From the NCBI GenBank assembly GCA_047617785.1, contig JBLGBK010000003.1, positions 1-64,000 on the forward strand: DNA of 64,000 nucleotides, written 5' to 3'. The notes beneath the pieces are model-generated. The model was not told the DNA's origin and did not search any database. It worked only from the letters and a program-made list of their open reading frames with translations. Below, piece by piece: positions 1-9,729 of this stretch (the first letter of the stretch is position 1; each line of letters begins with the position of its first letter). The translations under genes and the position numbers were made by a program. The stretch comes from Colwellia polaris (GTDB taxonomy: Archaea; Nanohalarchaeota; Nanosalinia; Nanosalinales; Nanosalinaceae).

Positions 1-1283
1 TAACGCTCTATCTAGTCAATATACTGGTTCTAATAATGTCTGTGGGTATTGAGAAGTATAAAAGAATTTTAGCTGTCTCTTTAACACAACCTGTAATGCT
101 TGTAGCTTTGTTCCATCTTGTTATAGGGCAGTTTATTGAAATATCAACTATAGAGTACTTTTTCAACTTTGGATCTTTGTTTACGGCGGCAGCATTCCTT
201 ATTGTGCTGCTTTTAATAGTTGACTATCTTATCAAAAGCAATGCGGATGTTTCCGCATTTAAATTGACTTCGGGGCTGTTGCAGGATGATAGAGAGTCTC
301 TAAATCTTGGTTTCGAAGCGCAACCTGACGTTCAAACTTTGAGAATAGAAGGGAAAGATTCGCTTACTCTTGCTGCACCATGGACTCATCCAGGTCCGCT
401 AGGCGGGTTTGGTGGCGGAGAATTGAGCAGCAATGTGATTGAAAACCTGAACAGCAAAGGTAAAGGATTCTTCCTTCATGTTCCATGCACTCATAAGGAG
501 GATCTTGCGGATCCTGAAGACTCTGAAAAACTTATAAATGCAGTTAAAGAGCCGGAAACGCATGATGAGGTCTCGAAAATGATTTACCGTAATTATGAGG
601 AGGTATGTTTCTATGGGAGGGTAGTCAACGGCAAGAAAATAGTTTTCATGCAGGCTGAAGGAGTTGATGATTATGATGTAGGAATTTTTATGGAGGATAA
701 GAATAAAGATGAAGTCTTGCTTGTAGATCTACATAATCACGACATCCATGAGGGCCCGGAGAAGGAAATTCAATATGGCACTAAAGAGGCAGACGATCTT
801 AAGCAAAGTTTTGATGCATTTCTTAACGAGCTAGAAGGTCTGGATCTATACCCTTATCGAGCTGGTTTTGATGTATCTTGCTCTGATCATTCGATGATGG
901 CTCTAGTAGAGGAAGTGGATGATCAGCGGGTTCTAATAATAGGTAGTGATACCAATGGAGTTACAGAGGACTTAAGACGGTTTAGAAGTCAGAAAAGAGA
1001 GGAATATGATTTTGTTCTTCTTTTCTCTACTGATACTCATGCCTCCGTTTATGATCTTGCAAATATGAAACATTCTGATATTGAAAGCATGCAGAAGCTG
1101 GTTAAAAATGCTGAAGGGAGTGTTGAAGATGCTGATATAGGTTTTACCAGTCAAAAATCTGAATCTGTGCAGCTTCTAAAGAATGACTATAATGGTTTAA
1201 TCTTCAGTATCAACATACTCATACGTCTTGTTGTTATAGCTCTGCTGTTTTTCTACCTGCTTCTGATAATGTGGTTATTCTAA
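1..1283 (+). CDS. DUF2070-family membrane protein, 5'-truncated by the window edge
   Basis: Frame is open from position 3 up to the ATG at 36. N-terminal TM helices, HPGPLGGFGGG, DLHN and TDTH motifs and a C-terminal TM helix match archaeal DUF2070. Confidence 0.75.
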   Translation, partial: TLYLVNILVLIMSVGIEKYKRILAVSLTQPVMLVALFHLVIGQFIEISTIEYFFNFGSLFTAAAFLIVLLLIVDYLIKSNADVSAFKLTSGLLQDDRESLNLGFEAQPDVQTLRIEGKDSLTLAAPWTHPGPLGGFGGGELSSNVIENLNSKGKGFFLHVPCTHKEDLADPEDSEKLINAVKEPETHDEVSKMIYRNYEEVCFYGRVVNGKKIVFMQAEGVDDYDVGIFMEDKNKDEVLLVDLHNHDIHEGPEKEIQYGTKEADDLKQSFDAFLNELEGLDLYPYRAGFDVSCSDHSMMALVEEVDDQRVLIIGSDTNGVTEDLRRFRSQKREEYDFVLLFSTDTHASVYDLANMKHSDIESMQKLVKNAEGSVEDADIGFTSQKSESVQLLKNDYNGLIFSINILIRLVVIALLFFYLLLIMWLF

Positions 1284-2303
1284 TTCTGAGATCGTCTCTT
1301 CATCTATTTCGTCTTTGCTTGTTTTTGGAAGTGTTATAAACGACAAATATCCTAGGACTATATCCTGCCAGTAGGTTACTGCTCTAAAAAGAACGGCAGC
1401 AGCTAAAGCGGGAGTGTAACTTATACCGGCTAATGTTATCAGTATAGAGGTCATTGTGGCTTCATAAGCTCCCGAACCTCCTGGGGTGGGGGCAAATGTA
1501 GCTAGACTAGCAAGTGGAAGCGCAAATATGATTAGTACCACTGGTACCTCTAGACCTAGACCTCTAGTAATGAGATAAAAACATGTAACTTGTAAGATAA
1601 AGAAAATGTGAGCTACTAAAGCGGTCTTTGCTAGAAAGCTCTTGCTGCTTCCAAGAGTTTCAAATGAATCTTCTATCTCCTTTAAACGCTCCTCCAAAGA
1701 CTCAATATAGTGTTCTCCTCTTCCTATGATCCTAGTTATCTTATCTACGCTAACAAGTACTCGTTGTTCGATAAAGCCGGGTTTAAACCAGAGAAGAAAT
1801 ATTAGAGTTCCTCCAACAACTGAGAAGATAAAGACAACGAAGAGAAGCTCTAGTAAAAAGTTGTTAAGAGATGAAGAAGCAAACATATAGATAGTTCCAA
1901 TTAATGTGAACGTAAGTACAGGTATTGTATTTATAATATCTGCAGAAATAACTGAAGAAAGAGCCTGCTGATAACTAATATCGGTGTTATCCTTGATTAT
2001 GTAGGCCATAAAAGGCTCTCCTCCGAACTGGCCTAGCGGTGTTACTGCATTCATAAAGTTTCCTGCCATGAAAAGGCGTAAAGAACTCGGGAACGACTGT
2101 TTACCTCCAACTCTATTGATGAATTGATGCCAGGAGTTAGCTAAGAAGGGTACTGCAGTTAAACCGCATAAGAGAGCGCCTAGAAGATATGTTTTATTTG
2201 AGCTGCCTATAAAATGGAGGAACTCTCTTACATCTGCCAGATAGATTAAAATACCTAGGAAAACAGTTGCTACCAACGCCCATTTCAGTCGCTTGCCTTT
2301 CAT
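1275..2303 (-). CDS. Lysylphosphatidylglycerol synthase TM / flippase-like (UPF0104) membrane protein
   Basis: Multi-TM protein with NAVTPLGQFGGEP, PTPGGSGAYE and LFRAVTYW motifs. Confidence 0.85.
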   Translation of the reverse strand: MKGKRLKWALVATVFLGILIYLADVREFLHFIGSSNKTYLLGALLCGLTAVPFLANSWHQFINRVGGKQSFPSSLRLFMAGNFMNAVTPLGQFGGEPFMAYIIKDNTDISYQQALSSVISADIINTIPVLTFTLIGTIYMFASSSLNNFLLELLFVVFIFSVVGGTLIFLLWFKPGFIEQRVLVSVDKITRIIGRGEHYIESLEERLKEIEDSFETLGSSKSFLAKTALVAHIFFILQVTCFYLITRGLGLEVPVVLIIFALPLASLATFAPTPGGSGAYEATMTSILITLAGISYTPALAAAVLFRAVTYWQDIVLGYLSFITLPKTSKDEIDEETISELE

Positions 2304-2406
2304 ATCTATTTACTCTCTCAAGCTCTTTTTGAAAAAAATGATTTATTACCTCTTCGCTGCAGATTAAATCCAGATAGTAGTTTCTTCATGTAAGAATGAT
2401 AGTTTA

Positions 2407-2478
2407 TGCGGCGTCCGGGATTTGAACCCGGGTCACCGGCTTGGAAGGCCGGGGTCTTAGCCACTGGACCAACACCGC
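2407..2478 (-). tRNA. tRNA-Gly(TCC)
   Basis: Reverse complement GCGGTGTTGGTCCAGTGGCTAAGACCCCGGCCTTCCAAGCCGGTGACCCGGGTTCAAATCCCGGACGCCGCA folds as a cloverleaf; anticodon arm CCGGC-CTTCCAA-GCCGG; CCA not encoded. Confidence 0.96.
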
Positions 2479-2538
2479 CTTTGTCTGTAATCTTTGTTTT
2501 GTCGGGTAATTTTCTTAAGTAGGACGGATGCCTGTTCT

Positions 2539-5220
2539 TTACTCGTCCGATCTCTTGCCATATTTCAAGGATAGTATTTTGTAAAATACTGTTTCAAGTA
2601 CGGTGAACACTGCGACCGTCAAAGCACTGACTCCGAATTCAAAGGCTGTCAGAGGCACAACCTTGAATGCTGCTGCCAGTGGTGTGTAGAGCACTAGTAG
2701 CTGTGCTATGAACGCCAGAGAAACTCCTAGTATCAGGTACTTGTTGTCCCAGAATTTCAGATTGTATCCTCTTCTGATCATCTGGATCATCACTATCTCG
2801 AACAGGGCTAGTGATGTGAATAGTACTGTCTGTGGGAGGATAAGATCTGTGCCTTCTAGGAAGTAGAAGAATCCTGGGAGCATAACTGCTGCGGCTAGCG
2901 GTCCTGTTACTGCAATTGAAGTAAGTATTCTTTTGTCAAGGATGTTGTCGTCAGGTCCTCTTGGAGAACGCTCCATTATGCCGTCCATTTTCTTATCCAT
3001 GCTCATGGCGAGGCTTGGAGGTACGTCTGTTGCGAAGTTAACCCAGAGGATCATTATAGCTGTAAGTACTACAGAGTTGCTGCCTGCAAATGCTTCAGGG
3101 TAGAAAAGTCCTCCTATTAGCGTCCCTAGGAATACAAGCATTACTTCTGCGGAGTTTGTGGACATCAGGTAGTTGACGACTTTTCTTATATTGTCGTAGA
3201 TAGCTCTTCCTTCAGCGATTGCATCTCTTATAGTAGCGAAGTTGTCGTCCTGCAGTATCATGTCGCTGCTCTTCTTGGCGACGTCTGTTCCTCTTTGACC
3301 CATAGCTACTCCTACATCTGAGTTTTTCAGAGCAGGAGCATCATTGACTCCGTCACCTGTCATTGCTACGTCCATTCCCTTGTTTTGAAGTGCTTCAAGT
3401 ATTCTTACCTTGTGGTTGGGTGATACGCGTGCAAATATCTCTGTTTTTTCTATCTGTTCTTCTAGTTCATAGTCTGTCATTTCCTCGACTTCGTTTCCGG
3501 TAACTGCGTTTTCTGCCTTGAACCCGAGTTCTTTTCCGATTGCTTTCGCTGTCTCAATGTTGTCGCCTGTAGCCATTACTAGGCTGATTCCTGCTTTTCT
3601 GCAGTCCTCTACGGCGTCTTTAACCTCTTCACGTGCAGGATCAATCATTCCTTGTAGACCGAGGAAGGTCATTTCGTTCTCGACTACTTCGCTGTCCGCC
3701 TCTGGATCTTCTACTGTCTTTCTGGCGAATCCGAGAACCCTTAGCGCTTGACTGGCGAACTCAGTGTTCTTATCAATTAATTCTTGCTTATTCTGTTCGG
3801 TGAGTTCTTTTCTTTCTCCATCTATGAGTATGTGGCTGCATCTGTCAAGGACTGTTTCTGGAGCCCCTTTCATGTAGGCTGTGTTGTCTTCCATAATGAC
3901 TGTCATCCTTTTTCGGTCTGAGCTGAATGGTATGCTCTTCTTTCTCTCCTTATCTTCTTCTAGACCCGCTTTAAGGCCTGAGACTTTCAGCGCTACTTCG
4001 GTTGGTTCTCCGAAGAAGTCTTTATCCTCCTTTTCACTGGCTTTCTCTGAATTGTTGCAGTAGAAGCCACATTCAAGCAAAGGTTTCAGATATTCTGGAT
4101 CTGTTGCATATCCTTCCTTTTGGAACTTTCCTTCAACAGAGGTTCCTCCGCCTGTAACCTCAAACTCTTCTCCCTGGTAGTAAAGTTTCTGCACAGTCAT
4201 GACACCTTCTGTTAGTGTTCCAGTCTTGTCGGTTACGATCGCGTTAACTGAACCGAGTGCTTCAACTACTGGGAGACGCCGGACTAATGCGTTTTTCTCA
4301 AGCATTCTACGAGAACCAAGCGCGAGTGAAAGCGTTACAATAGCTGGAAGAGATTCTGGTATAGCTGCTACGAGAAGGCTGACGGCCATAAGGAATATGG
4401 TTATAGGACCGGAGCCTGTTACAAAGAACATTATCAATGCCAGAACTCCAATAAATGCGGAGATTAGATATCCCATTTTACGACCCATTTCATCCACTTC
4501 TTGCTGGAAAGGAGTCTGACCTTTCTCGGCATCTTCAAGCTCCTCTGCAATGCTCCCTACCTGTGTTTTCATTCCGGTTTCCACAACAACGGCTTTTCCA
4601 CGACCTTTGACAATATGTGTATTCATGAAAACCATGTTCTCTCTTTCCGCTACTGATTCGTCTTCATCAATTATAGTAGCGCGCTTGGTAACGTTTGTGC
4701 TTTCGCCTGTCAGAGCTGCTTCGTCTGTAGAAAGAGAATCCTCCTCAATAAGTCGTGCGTCTGCTGGTATTGCGTCACCTTGTTCTAAATGAATTATATC
4801 GCCGGGTACAACTTCTGTTGAGTCAATTTCTGTCTTCTTTCCATCTCGTATAACTGTAGCATTCGGTGTCGACATCTTCTTCAGGGCCTCAATCGATTTC
4901 TCGGCCTTGTAGTCCTGTACAAAACCGAAAACGCCGTTGAAGAAAAGGATCAAAAATATGATTATAGGCTCAGTGAATCCATGTTCGGGGTCTAGAATCC
5001 CTACTATCCCGGATACGATAGCTGCAAATATAAGAAGGTATATCAGATTGTCCTGGAACTGGCTTAATAGTATTTGAAGCGGCGATGCAGAGTCTTCTCT
5101 TTCTATCCTGTTCTCACCCTCCTTTTCTAGCCGTCTTTCTGCTTCTTCCTCTGTTAAACCCTCTCTATCTGTATCAAGTTCTGAGAATATATCTTCCAAG
5201 GAGTCACTATGCCAGACCAT
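2539..5220 (-). CDS. P-type (IIA, Ca2+-like) cation-transporting ATPase
   Basis: TGES, PESLP, DKTGTLT phosphorylation site, KGAPE, TGDN and MTGDGVNDAPAL motifs. Confidence 0.95.
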   Translation of the reverse strand: MVWHSDSLEDIFSELDTDREGLTEEEAERRLEKEGENRIEREDSASPLQILLSQFQDNLIYLLIFAAIVSGIVGILDPEHGFTEPIIIFLILFFNGVFGFVQDYKAEKSIEALKKMSTPNATVIRDGKKTEIDSTEVVPGDIIHLEQGDAIPADARLIEEDSLSTDEAALTGESTNVTKRATIIDEDESVAERENMVFMNTHIVKGRGKAVVVETGMKTQVGSIAEELEDAEKGQTPFQQEVDEMGRKMGYLISAFIGVLALIMFFVTGSGPITIFLMAVSLLVAAIPESLPAIVTLSLALGSRRMLEKNALVRRLPVVEALGSVNAIVTDKTGTLTEGVMTVQKLYYQGEEFEVTGGGTSVEGKFQKEGYATDPEYLKPLLECGFYCNNSEKASEKEDKDFFGEPTEVALKVSGLKAGLEEDKERKKSIPFSSDRKRMTVIMEDNTAYMKGAPETVLDRCSHILIDGERKELTEQNKQELIDKNTEFASQALRVLGFARKTVEDPEADSEVVENEMTFLGLQGMIDPAREEVKDAVEDCRKAGISLVMATGDNIETAKAIGKELGFKAENAVTGNEVEEMTDYELEEQIEKTEIFARVSPNHKVRILEALQNKGMDVAMTGDGVNDAPALKNSDVGVAMGQRGTDVAKKSSDMILQDDNFATIRDAIAEGRAIYDNIRKVVNYLMSTNSAEVMLVFLGTLIGGLFYPEAFAGSNSVVLTAIMILWVNFATDVPPSLAMSMDKKMDGIMERSPRGPDDNILDKRILTSIAVTGPLAAAVMLPGFFYFLEGTDLILPQTVLFTSLALFEIVMIQMIRRGYNLKFWDNKYLILGVSLAFIAQLLVLYTPLAAAFKVVPLTAFEFGVSALTVAVFTVLETVFYKILSLKYGKRSDE

Positions 5221-5325
5221 GCAGGTTAGGTTTACTGAATGTTCGTTAATAATACTTCAGCCCGAGACATCTTTGGGCTGGATTTTTGAATTACTGTTTT
5301 CAAGCTTTGCTGCTAAAATGTTGAT

Positions 5326-5739
5326 GTGATGAACGGTTTTGATGAAGAGGAAATGAGTTCGGCTGTAGAGGAGATGGTTGAAGATATCACCGAAACAGAA
5401 AATAATACTAGAAAAAACCCTCGAAAAGAGGTTATAGAGAACTCAAAGGAAGAACAGGATGTCGGAAGTAAGATACCACGAAGCTGGGATCCTGTAGAAC
5501 TGGACTTCCTTATCAACAACCGTACAAGCCTTGGAAACAAAGAGCTGGAAGACTTCCTTCAGGAAGACTCTGAAGTTCATGAGAAAATGGAGAAGCTCAG
5601 CAACTTCTCAAACACAGAAAAACGATTCCTAATGGAGCACGCACAGGCAATGAATATAGAACAACTTGCAGAAAGACTTGACAGGGAAGAAGAGGTAGTA
5701 CAGCTCAAACTTGAATCTCTAGGACTTTACGGTGTATAG
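5326..5739 (+). CDS. Hypothetical acidic protein with Myb/SANT-like HTH repeats
   Basis: WDPVELDFLINN...ELEDFL and FSNTEKRFLMEH...IEQLAERLDREEEVVQLKLESLGL resemble Myb-like repeats; start could be the ATG at 5329. Confidence 0.6.
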   Translation: MMNGFDEEEMSSAVEEMVEDITETENNTRKNPRKEVIENSKEEQDVGSKIPRSWDPVELDFLINNRTSLGNKELEDFLQEDSEVHEKMEKLSNFSNTEKRFLMEHAQAMNIEQLAERLDREEEVVQLKLESLGLYGV

Positions 5740-5743
5740 AAAA

Positions 5744-6496
5744 ATGGTTAAAGAGATAAGAGATCAAGCAATACAAGAAGCCAAAGAAGAGCTAAGAAAA
5801 GATGTTCCAAGAGACAAGGTAGTTGTCAGGGCAGTCAAATACCTGGAAAAGGTTTCAAGCGATCTGGACGAAGAAATTCAGGTCTTCCGCGACTGGTACG
5901 GCATACATTTCCCAGAATTCGTCGAACAGATACAGGATAACGATCATTTTCTCAAACTGCTTTCAAACGGTCTGGAAAGAACAGATGTTAACGGTTTTGA
6001 AAGCCTGGCAAAAGAATCGACCGGCTCAATGCTTGTAGACGAAGATCTCGAAGCACTTGAAGTAGCATTTGAAGACCTCAAGGACAAGTACCAGATGAGA
6101 GAGGAACTGGAAAGTTATATTGAAGAAGTAGTTGAAGATGAGATGGGTAATCTGACTGCGTTCATGGAGCCAATGCTTGTCGCAAAACTATTGGCTCACG
6201 CGGGCAGCCTTGAAACACTGGCAAAGAAGCCGGCATCAACTGTACAGATGTATGGAGCTGAAAAAGCACTTTTCCGCTATCTCAAGGGGGAAGGCACACC
6301 GCCAAAGCATGGTGTAATATATGAGCACCGATTCGTAAACAGCCTTCCGGAAGAAAAAAGAGGTAAAATGTCGCGATTTATGGCTAACAAGATCTCCATA
6401 GCCGCAAGACTTGATTACTATGGAGGCGACTTCAAAGGCGATGAACTGAGAGAAGAAATTACAGGAAAATATCATTCACTGGAGGAAGATAACTGA
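5744..6496 (+). CDS. nop5: Box C/D sRNP protein Nop5 (Nop56/58)
   Basis: RDWYGIHFPE, PASTVQMYGAEKALF, PPKHGVIY and RGKMSR...IAARLD; start moved to the ATG at 5744 after the upstream stop. Confidence 0.95.
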   Translation: MVKEIRDQAIQEAKEELRKDVPRDKVVVRAVKYLEKVSSDLDEEIQVFRDWYGIHFPEFVEQIQDNDHFLKLLSNGLERTDVNGFESLAKESTGSMLVDEDLEALEVAFEDLKDKYQMREELESYIEEVVEDEMGNLTAFMEPMLVAKLLAHAGSLETLAKKPASTVQMYGAEKALFRYLKGEGTPPKHGVIYEHRFVNSLPEEKRGKMSRFMANKISIAARLDYYGGDFKGDELREEITGKYHSLEEDN

Positions 6497-7146
6497 TGGA
6501 AGAAATACAAACAGGAATATACGAACAAAACGATACTATATATACCTTAAACGCAAATCCGGGAGAAAACGTTTACGGCGAACCTTTGATAGATGTAAAT
6601 CATGAAGAGTATCGTAAATGGGAGCCAAAACGCTCCAAAGCAGGAGCGGCAGTAAAAAAAGGCGTAGAACTCGGCCTCGATCGAGATGATATCGTTCTGT
6701 ACTTGGGAGCTGCTTCAGGTACAACAGTATCGCATTTCGCAGATATCGTTATGGAGGGCCTAGTTGTTGGGGTAGAGTACTCTGATACAGTAGCACGGAA
6801 GCTTGTACGACTGGCTGAAAAGAGAGAGAACATTGCGCCAGTACTTGGAGATGCCAGAAATCCAGAAGGCTACGAACACTTAATTGAGGAAGCTGATGTA
6901 GTTTTCCAGGATATATCCCAACGAGATCAACCAGAAATATTCTTGAAGAATGTAGAGAAGTACCTGAAGGATGATGGTGTGGCATTACTAGCTGTTAAAG
7001 CCAAGTCGATTTCCGACTCTCGCGATCCAGAGGATATCTACTCTGAAGTTAAAGAGAAGTTGACTGAAAAACTGGAGATTATCGAGGAAACCACTTTGGA
7101 CCCTTATGAGACAGACCATCTTTTCCTGAAGATGAAGTTAAACTGA
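6496..7146 (+). CDS. flpA: Fibrillarin-like rRNA/tRNA 2'-O-methyltransferase
   Basis: VYGE, VLYLGAASGTTVSH, NIAPVLGDARNP and DISQRDQ; TGATG coupling with nop5. Confidence 0.97.
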   Translation: MEEIQTGIYEQNDTIYTLNANPGENVYGEPLIDVNHEEYRKWEPKRSKAGAAVKKGVELGLDRDDIVLYLGAASGTTVSHFADIVMEGLVVGVEYSDTVARKLVRLAEKRENIAPVLGDARNPEGYEHLIEEADVVFQDISQRDQPEIFLKNVEKYLKDDGVALLAVKAKSISDSRDPEDIYSEVKEKLTEKLEIIEETTLDPYETDHLFLKMKLN

Positions 7147-7158
7147 AAAATTGATTTT

Positions 7159-7914
7159 TTAGGCTGCTGCCTTTTCTTTAGCCCATTCGTATCCTTCGTC
7201 TTCCAGTTTCTCGGCAAGTTCTGGTCCGCCGCTTTCTACGATCTCGCCGTCAACCATGACGTGTACATGATCGGGTTCGACGTAGTCAAGAATTCTCTGG
7301 TAGTGTGTAATCATCAGGATTCCTCGGTCGTCGTTTGCTAGCCTGTTTATTCCCTTTGCAACGATTTTCAACGCGTCGATGTCGAGTCCTGAGTCGATTT
7401 CGTCTAGCATGGCGTATTTAGGATTTAGGACGGCCATTTGAAGGATTTCGTTACGCTTCTTTTCTCCTCCAGAGAATCCTTCGTTTAGATATCTACGCGC
7501 GTAGTCTTCTTCCATGTCTAGGATATCGAGTTTCTTTCGTAGTAGTTCGTTGAATTCGCTTTGCGGCATAGGGTCTTCTCCTTTCTCTTCCCGTCGTGCG
7601 TCAAGTGCTTCTTTCAGGAATTCTGAAACAGTTATTCCAGAAATCTCGCTTGGGTACTGGAATCCGAGGAAAAGTCCTTCTCTTGCTCGTTCATCTGTTT
7701 CCTCTTCTGTAACGTCTTCTCCGTCGATCAGTATTTTACCTTTTTCAAGGCTGTAGATAGGGTTGCCCATCAGAGTCTTACATAGAGTGGACTTCCCTGA
7801 ACCGTTTGGTCCCATGATTGCATGAATCTCGCCGGGTTCTACTTCCAGGGAGACTCCTTTCACGATTTTTTCGCCTTCTACACTTGCTTCCAAATTTTCA
7901 ACTTTCAAACTCAT
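7159..7914 (-). CDS. sufC: Fe-S assembly ATPase SufC
   Basis: GPNGSGKSTL, FQYPSEISG, NEGFSGGEKKRNE, LDEIDSGLDID and ITHYQRIL. Confidence 0.97.
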   Translation of the reverse strand: MSLKVENLEASVEGEKIVKGVSLEVEPGEIHAIMGPNGSGKSTLCKTLMGNPIYSLEKGKILIDGEDVTEEETDERAREGLFLGFQYPSEISGITVSEFLKEALDARREEKGEDPMPQSEFNELLRKKLDILDMEEDYARRYLNEGFSGGEKKRNEILQMAVLNPKYAMLDEIDSGLDIDALKIVAKGINRLANDDRGILMITHYQRILDYVEPDHVHVMVDGEIVESGGPELAEKLEDEGYEWAKEKAAA

Positions 7915-8074
7915 ATTCAAACTGTAATCGGCAAGATTCTTAATAATGGCCAGATTTCAGAAAAATTGATGGGGGGCGGGAGGTCCCTTGTTTCTCGCCT
8001 TGTATATTCTGCTTGGTTATTCTTGCAAAAAATCTTCTTCTCTAGGATAAGGTTATCAATATCTCCTTCATCTT

Positions 8075-8437
8075 TTAGTCCTCTTTAACTGCTTCTTGGA
8101 TCGTCTTTATAGGTAGCATGGCGCATTTGATCCTCATAGGCGATAGATCTATATCTAGCTTTTCCTGTATCCATTCTGCATCGTAGTCTCTCACTTCTTC
8201 CGCGCTGGTTCCTACAAGTGCTTCCGATAGGATGCTGGTTGAAGCTGTGGAAATAGCGCAGCCATCGGTTTCATGCTTGATTTCTTGGATGACTCCGTCT
8301 TCCAATTTTAGGTATATCGTGGTCTTATCGCCGCAGCTAGGGTTTTTACCTTCAAACTCGGTATCTTTCTTTCCTTCATCTAATTTGCCTTCATTTCGCG
8401 GCTTCTTGTAGTGGTCAAGTATTTCTTCTCTGTACAT
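8075..8437 (-). CDS. sufU: SufU/IscU-type scaffold or sulfur acceptor
   Basis: MYREEILDHYKKPRN, NPSCGD, GCAIS and RIKCA (three conserved Cys); start at ATG 8437. Confidence 0.92.
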   Translation of the reverse strand: MYREEILDHYKKPRNEGKLDEGKKDTEFEGKNPSCGDKTTIYLKLEDGVIQEIKHETDGCAISTASTSILSEALVGTSAEEVRDYDAEWIQEKLDIDLSPMRIKCAMLPIKTIQEAVKED

Positions 8438-8453
8438 TTTCCTTGTTTTACCT

Positions 8454-9650
8454 CTAGAATACCTCTTTAACTTTTTCAACTGCGTCCAGGAACTTTTCAA
8501 CTTCTTCTTCTGTGTTGTACAGATATGGGGACGCGCGCACTGTTCCTGATAAGCCGAGATCTTGCATCTGTGGCTGTGCGCAGTGATGGCCTGCTCTGAC
8601 TGCCACTCCTTCAGTATTCAGTACTTCGGCAACGTCATGAGGGTGTGCGTCATTCATTGTGAATGAAACTACTGAAGGACTTTGATCTTCGGGTGCGTAA
8701 ATTTCAACGCCTTCTATCTGGTTTAATCCGTCAATCATCTGGTCAGCCAGCTTCTTCTCGTGTTCATCGATATTTTCAAGACCGATATCTTCAAGGTATT
8801 CGATTGCTGCCGCTAAACCTACTGCACCTGAAATATTCGGGGTGCCAGCTTCGAAGCGATCTGGTACGCTGCCGTACTTGACTTCATTTTCCTCTACTGT
8901 TTCGATCATGCCTCCTCCGACGTTGAAAGGTTCCATGTCTTCAAGTATTTCTTTCTTCCCGTAAACTACCCCTATACCGGTTGGACCGCACATTTTGTGG
9001 CCTGAGAAAGCCAGGAAGTCGATATCAGCTTTCTTTACGTTAATAGGGATGCGTGGGATGGACTGTGCGCCATCAACGAATATGTATGCATCGTTTTCAT
9101 GAGCGATCTCTGCTAGTTCTTCAATAGGGTTTGTGCATCCAAAGACATTGGATACATGTGAAACGGATACAAGAGCTGTATCTTCATCTATCTTTTCCTT
9201 TGCTGCTTCAAGATCTAGTTTGCCTTTTTCTGTAGGCAAGTAATCTACTTCAAGTCCTTTTTCCTCTGCTTTCCGTCTCCAAGGTAATTGTTCGCTGTGA
9301 TGAGACATTTTTGGGACTAGGATTTTTCCTTCAAGCTCCAGTCCTTCTGCTACAAGATTTGCTGATTCGGTAGTATTGCGTGTGAATATTATTTCTTTGC
9401 TGTCGGCTCCTACGAAATCTGCTACCTTTTCACGTGCGCCTTCGTATGCTACTGTTGCACGGTTGGCTAGTTCGTGGAGACTTCGGCCCTCGTTTGAGTT
9501 TTCTTCTTTGTAGAACTTTTCGATACGTTTTATAACCTGGTTAGGGGTATGTGTGGTTGCTGCGTTGTCCAGATATACTATCTGCTGTTCGTTTGATTTT
9601 TCCTGAAGTACTGGGAAATCATCCCTATAGTTCTGAGGGTTCAAAGCCAT
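8454..9650 (-). CDS. sufS: Cysteine desulfurase SufS
   Basis: YLDNAATT, FSGHKMCGPTGIG, FEAGTP and group II RAGHHCAQP; GGAGG RBS before ATG 9650. Confidence 0.96.
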   Translation of the reverse strand: MALNPQNYRDDFPVLQEKSNEQQIVYLDNAATTHTPNQVIKRIEKFYKEENSNEGRSLHELANRATVAYEGAREKVADFVGADSKEIIFTRNTTESANLVAEGLELEGKILVPKMSHHSEQLPWRRKAEEKGLEVDYLPTEKGKLDLEAAKEKIDEDTALVSVSHVSNVFGCTNPIEELAEIAHENDAYIFVDGAQSIPRIPINVKKADIDFLAFSGHKMCGPTGIGVVYGKKEILEDMEPFNVGGGMIETVEENEVKYGSVPDRFEAGTPNISGAVGLAAAIEYLEDIGLENIDEHEKKLADQMIDGLNQIEGVEIYAPEDQSPSVVSFTMNDAHPHDVAEVLNTEGVAVRAGHHCAQPQMQDLGLSGTVRASPYLYNTEEEVEKFLDAVEKVKEVF

Positions 9651-9729
9651 CTTTAGAAACTTGCCTCCGTGTACATTTCGAAACTCGCGTGTTAAATAAA
9701 GGTAACCTTTGTGTAATGCTGTCAAACCT

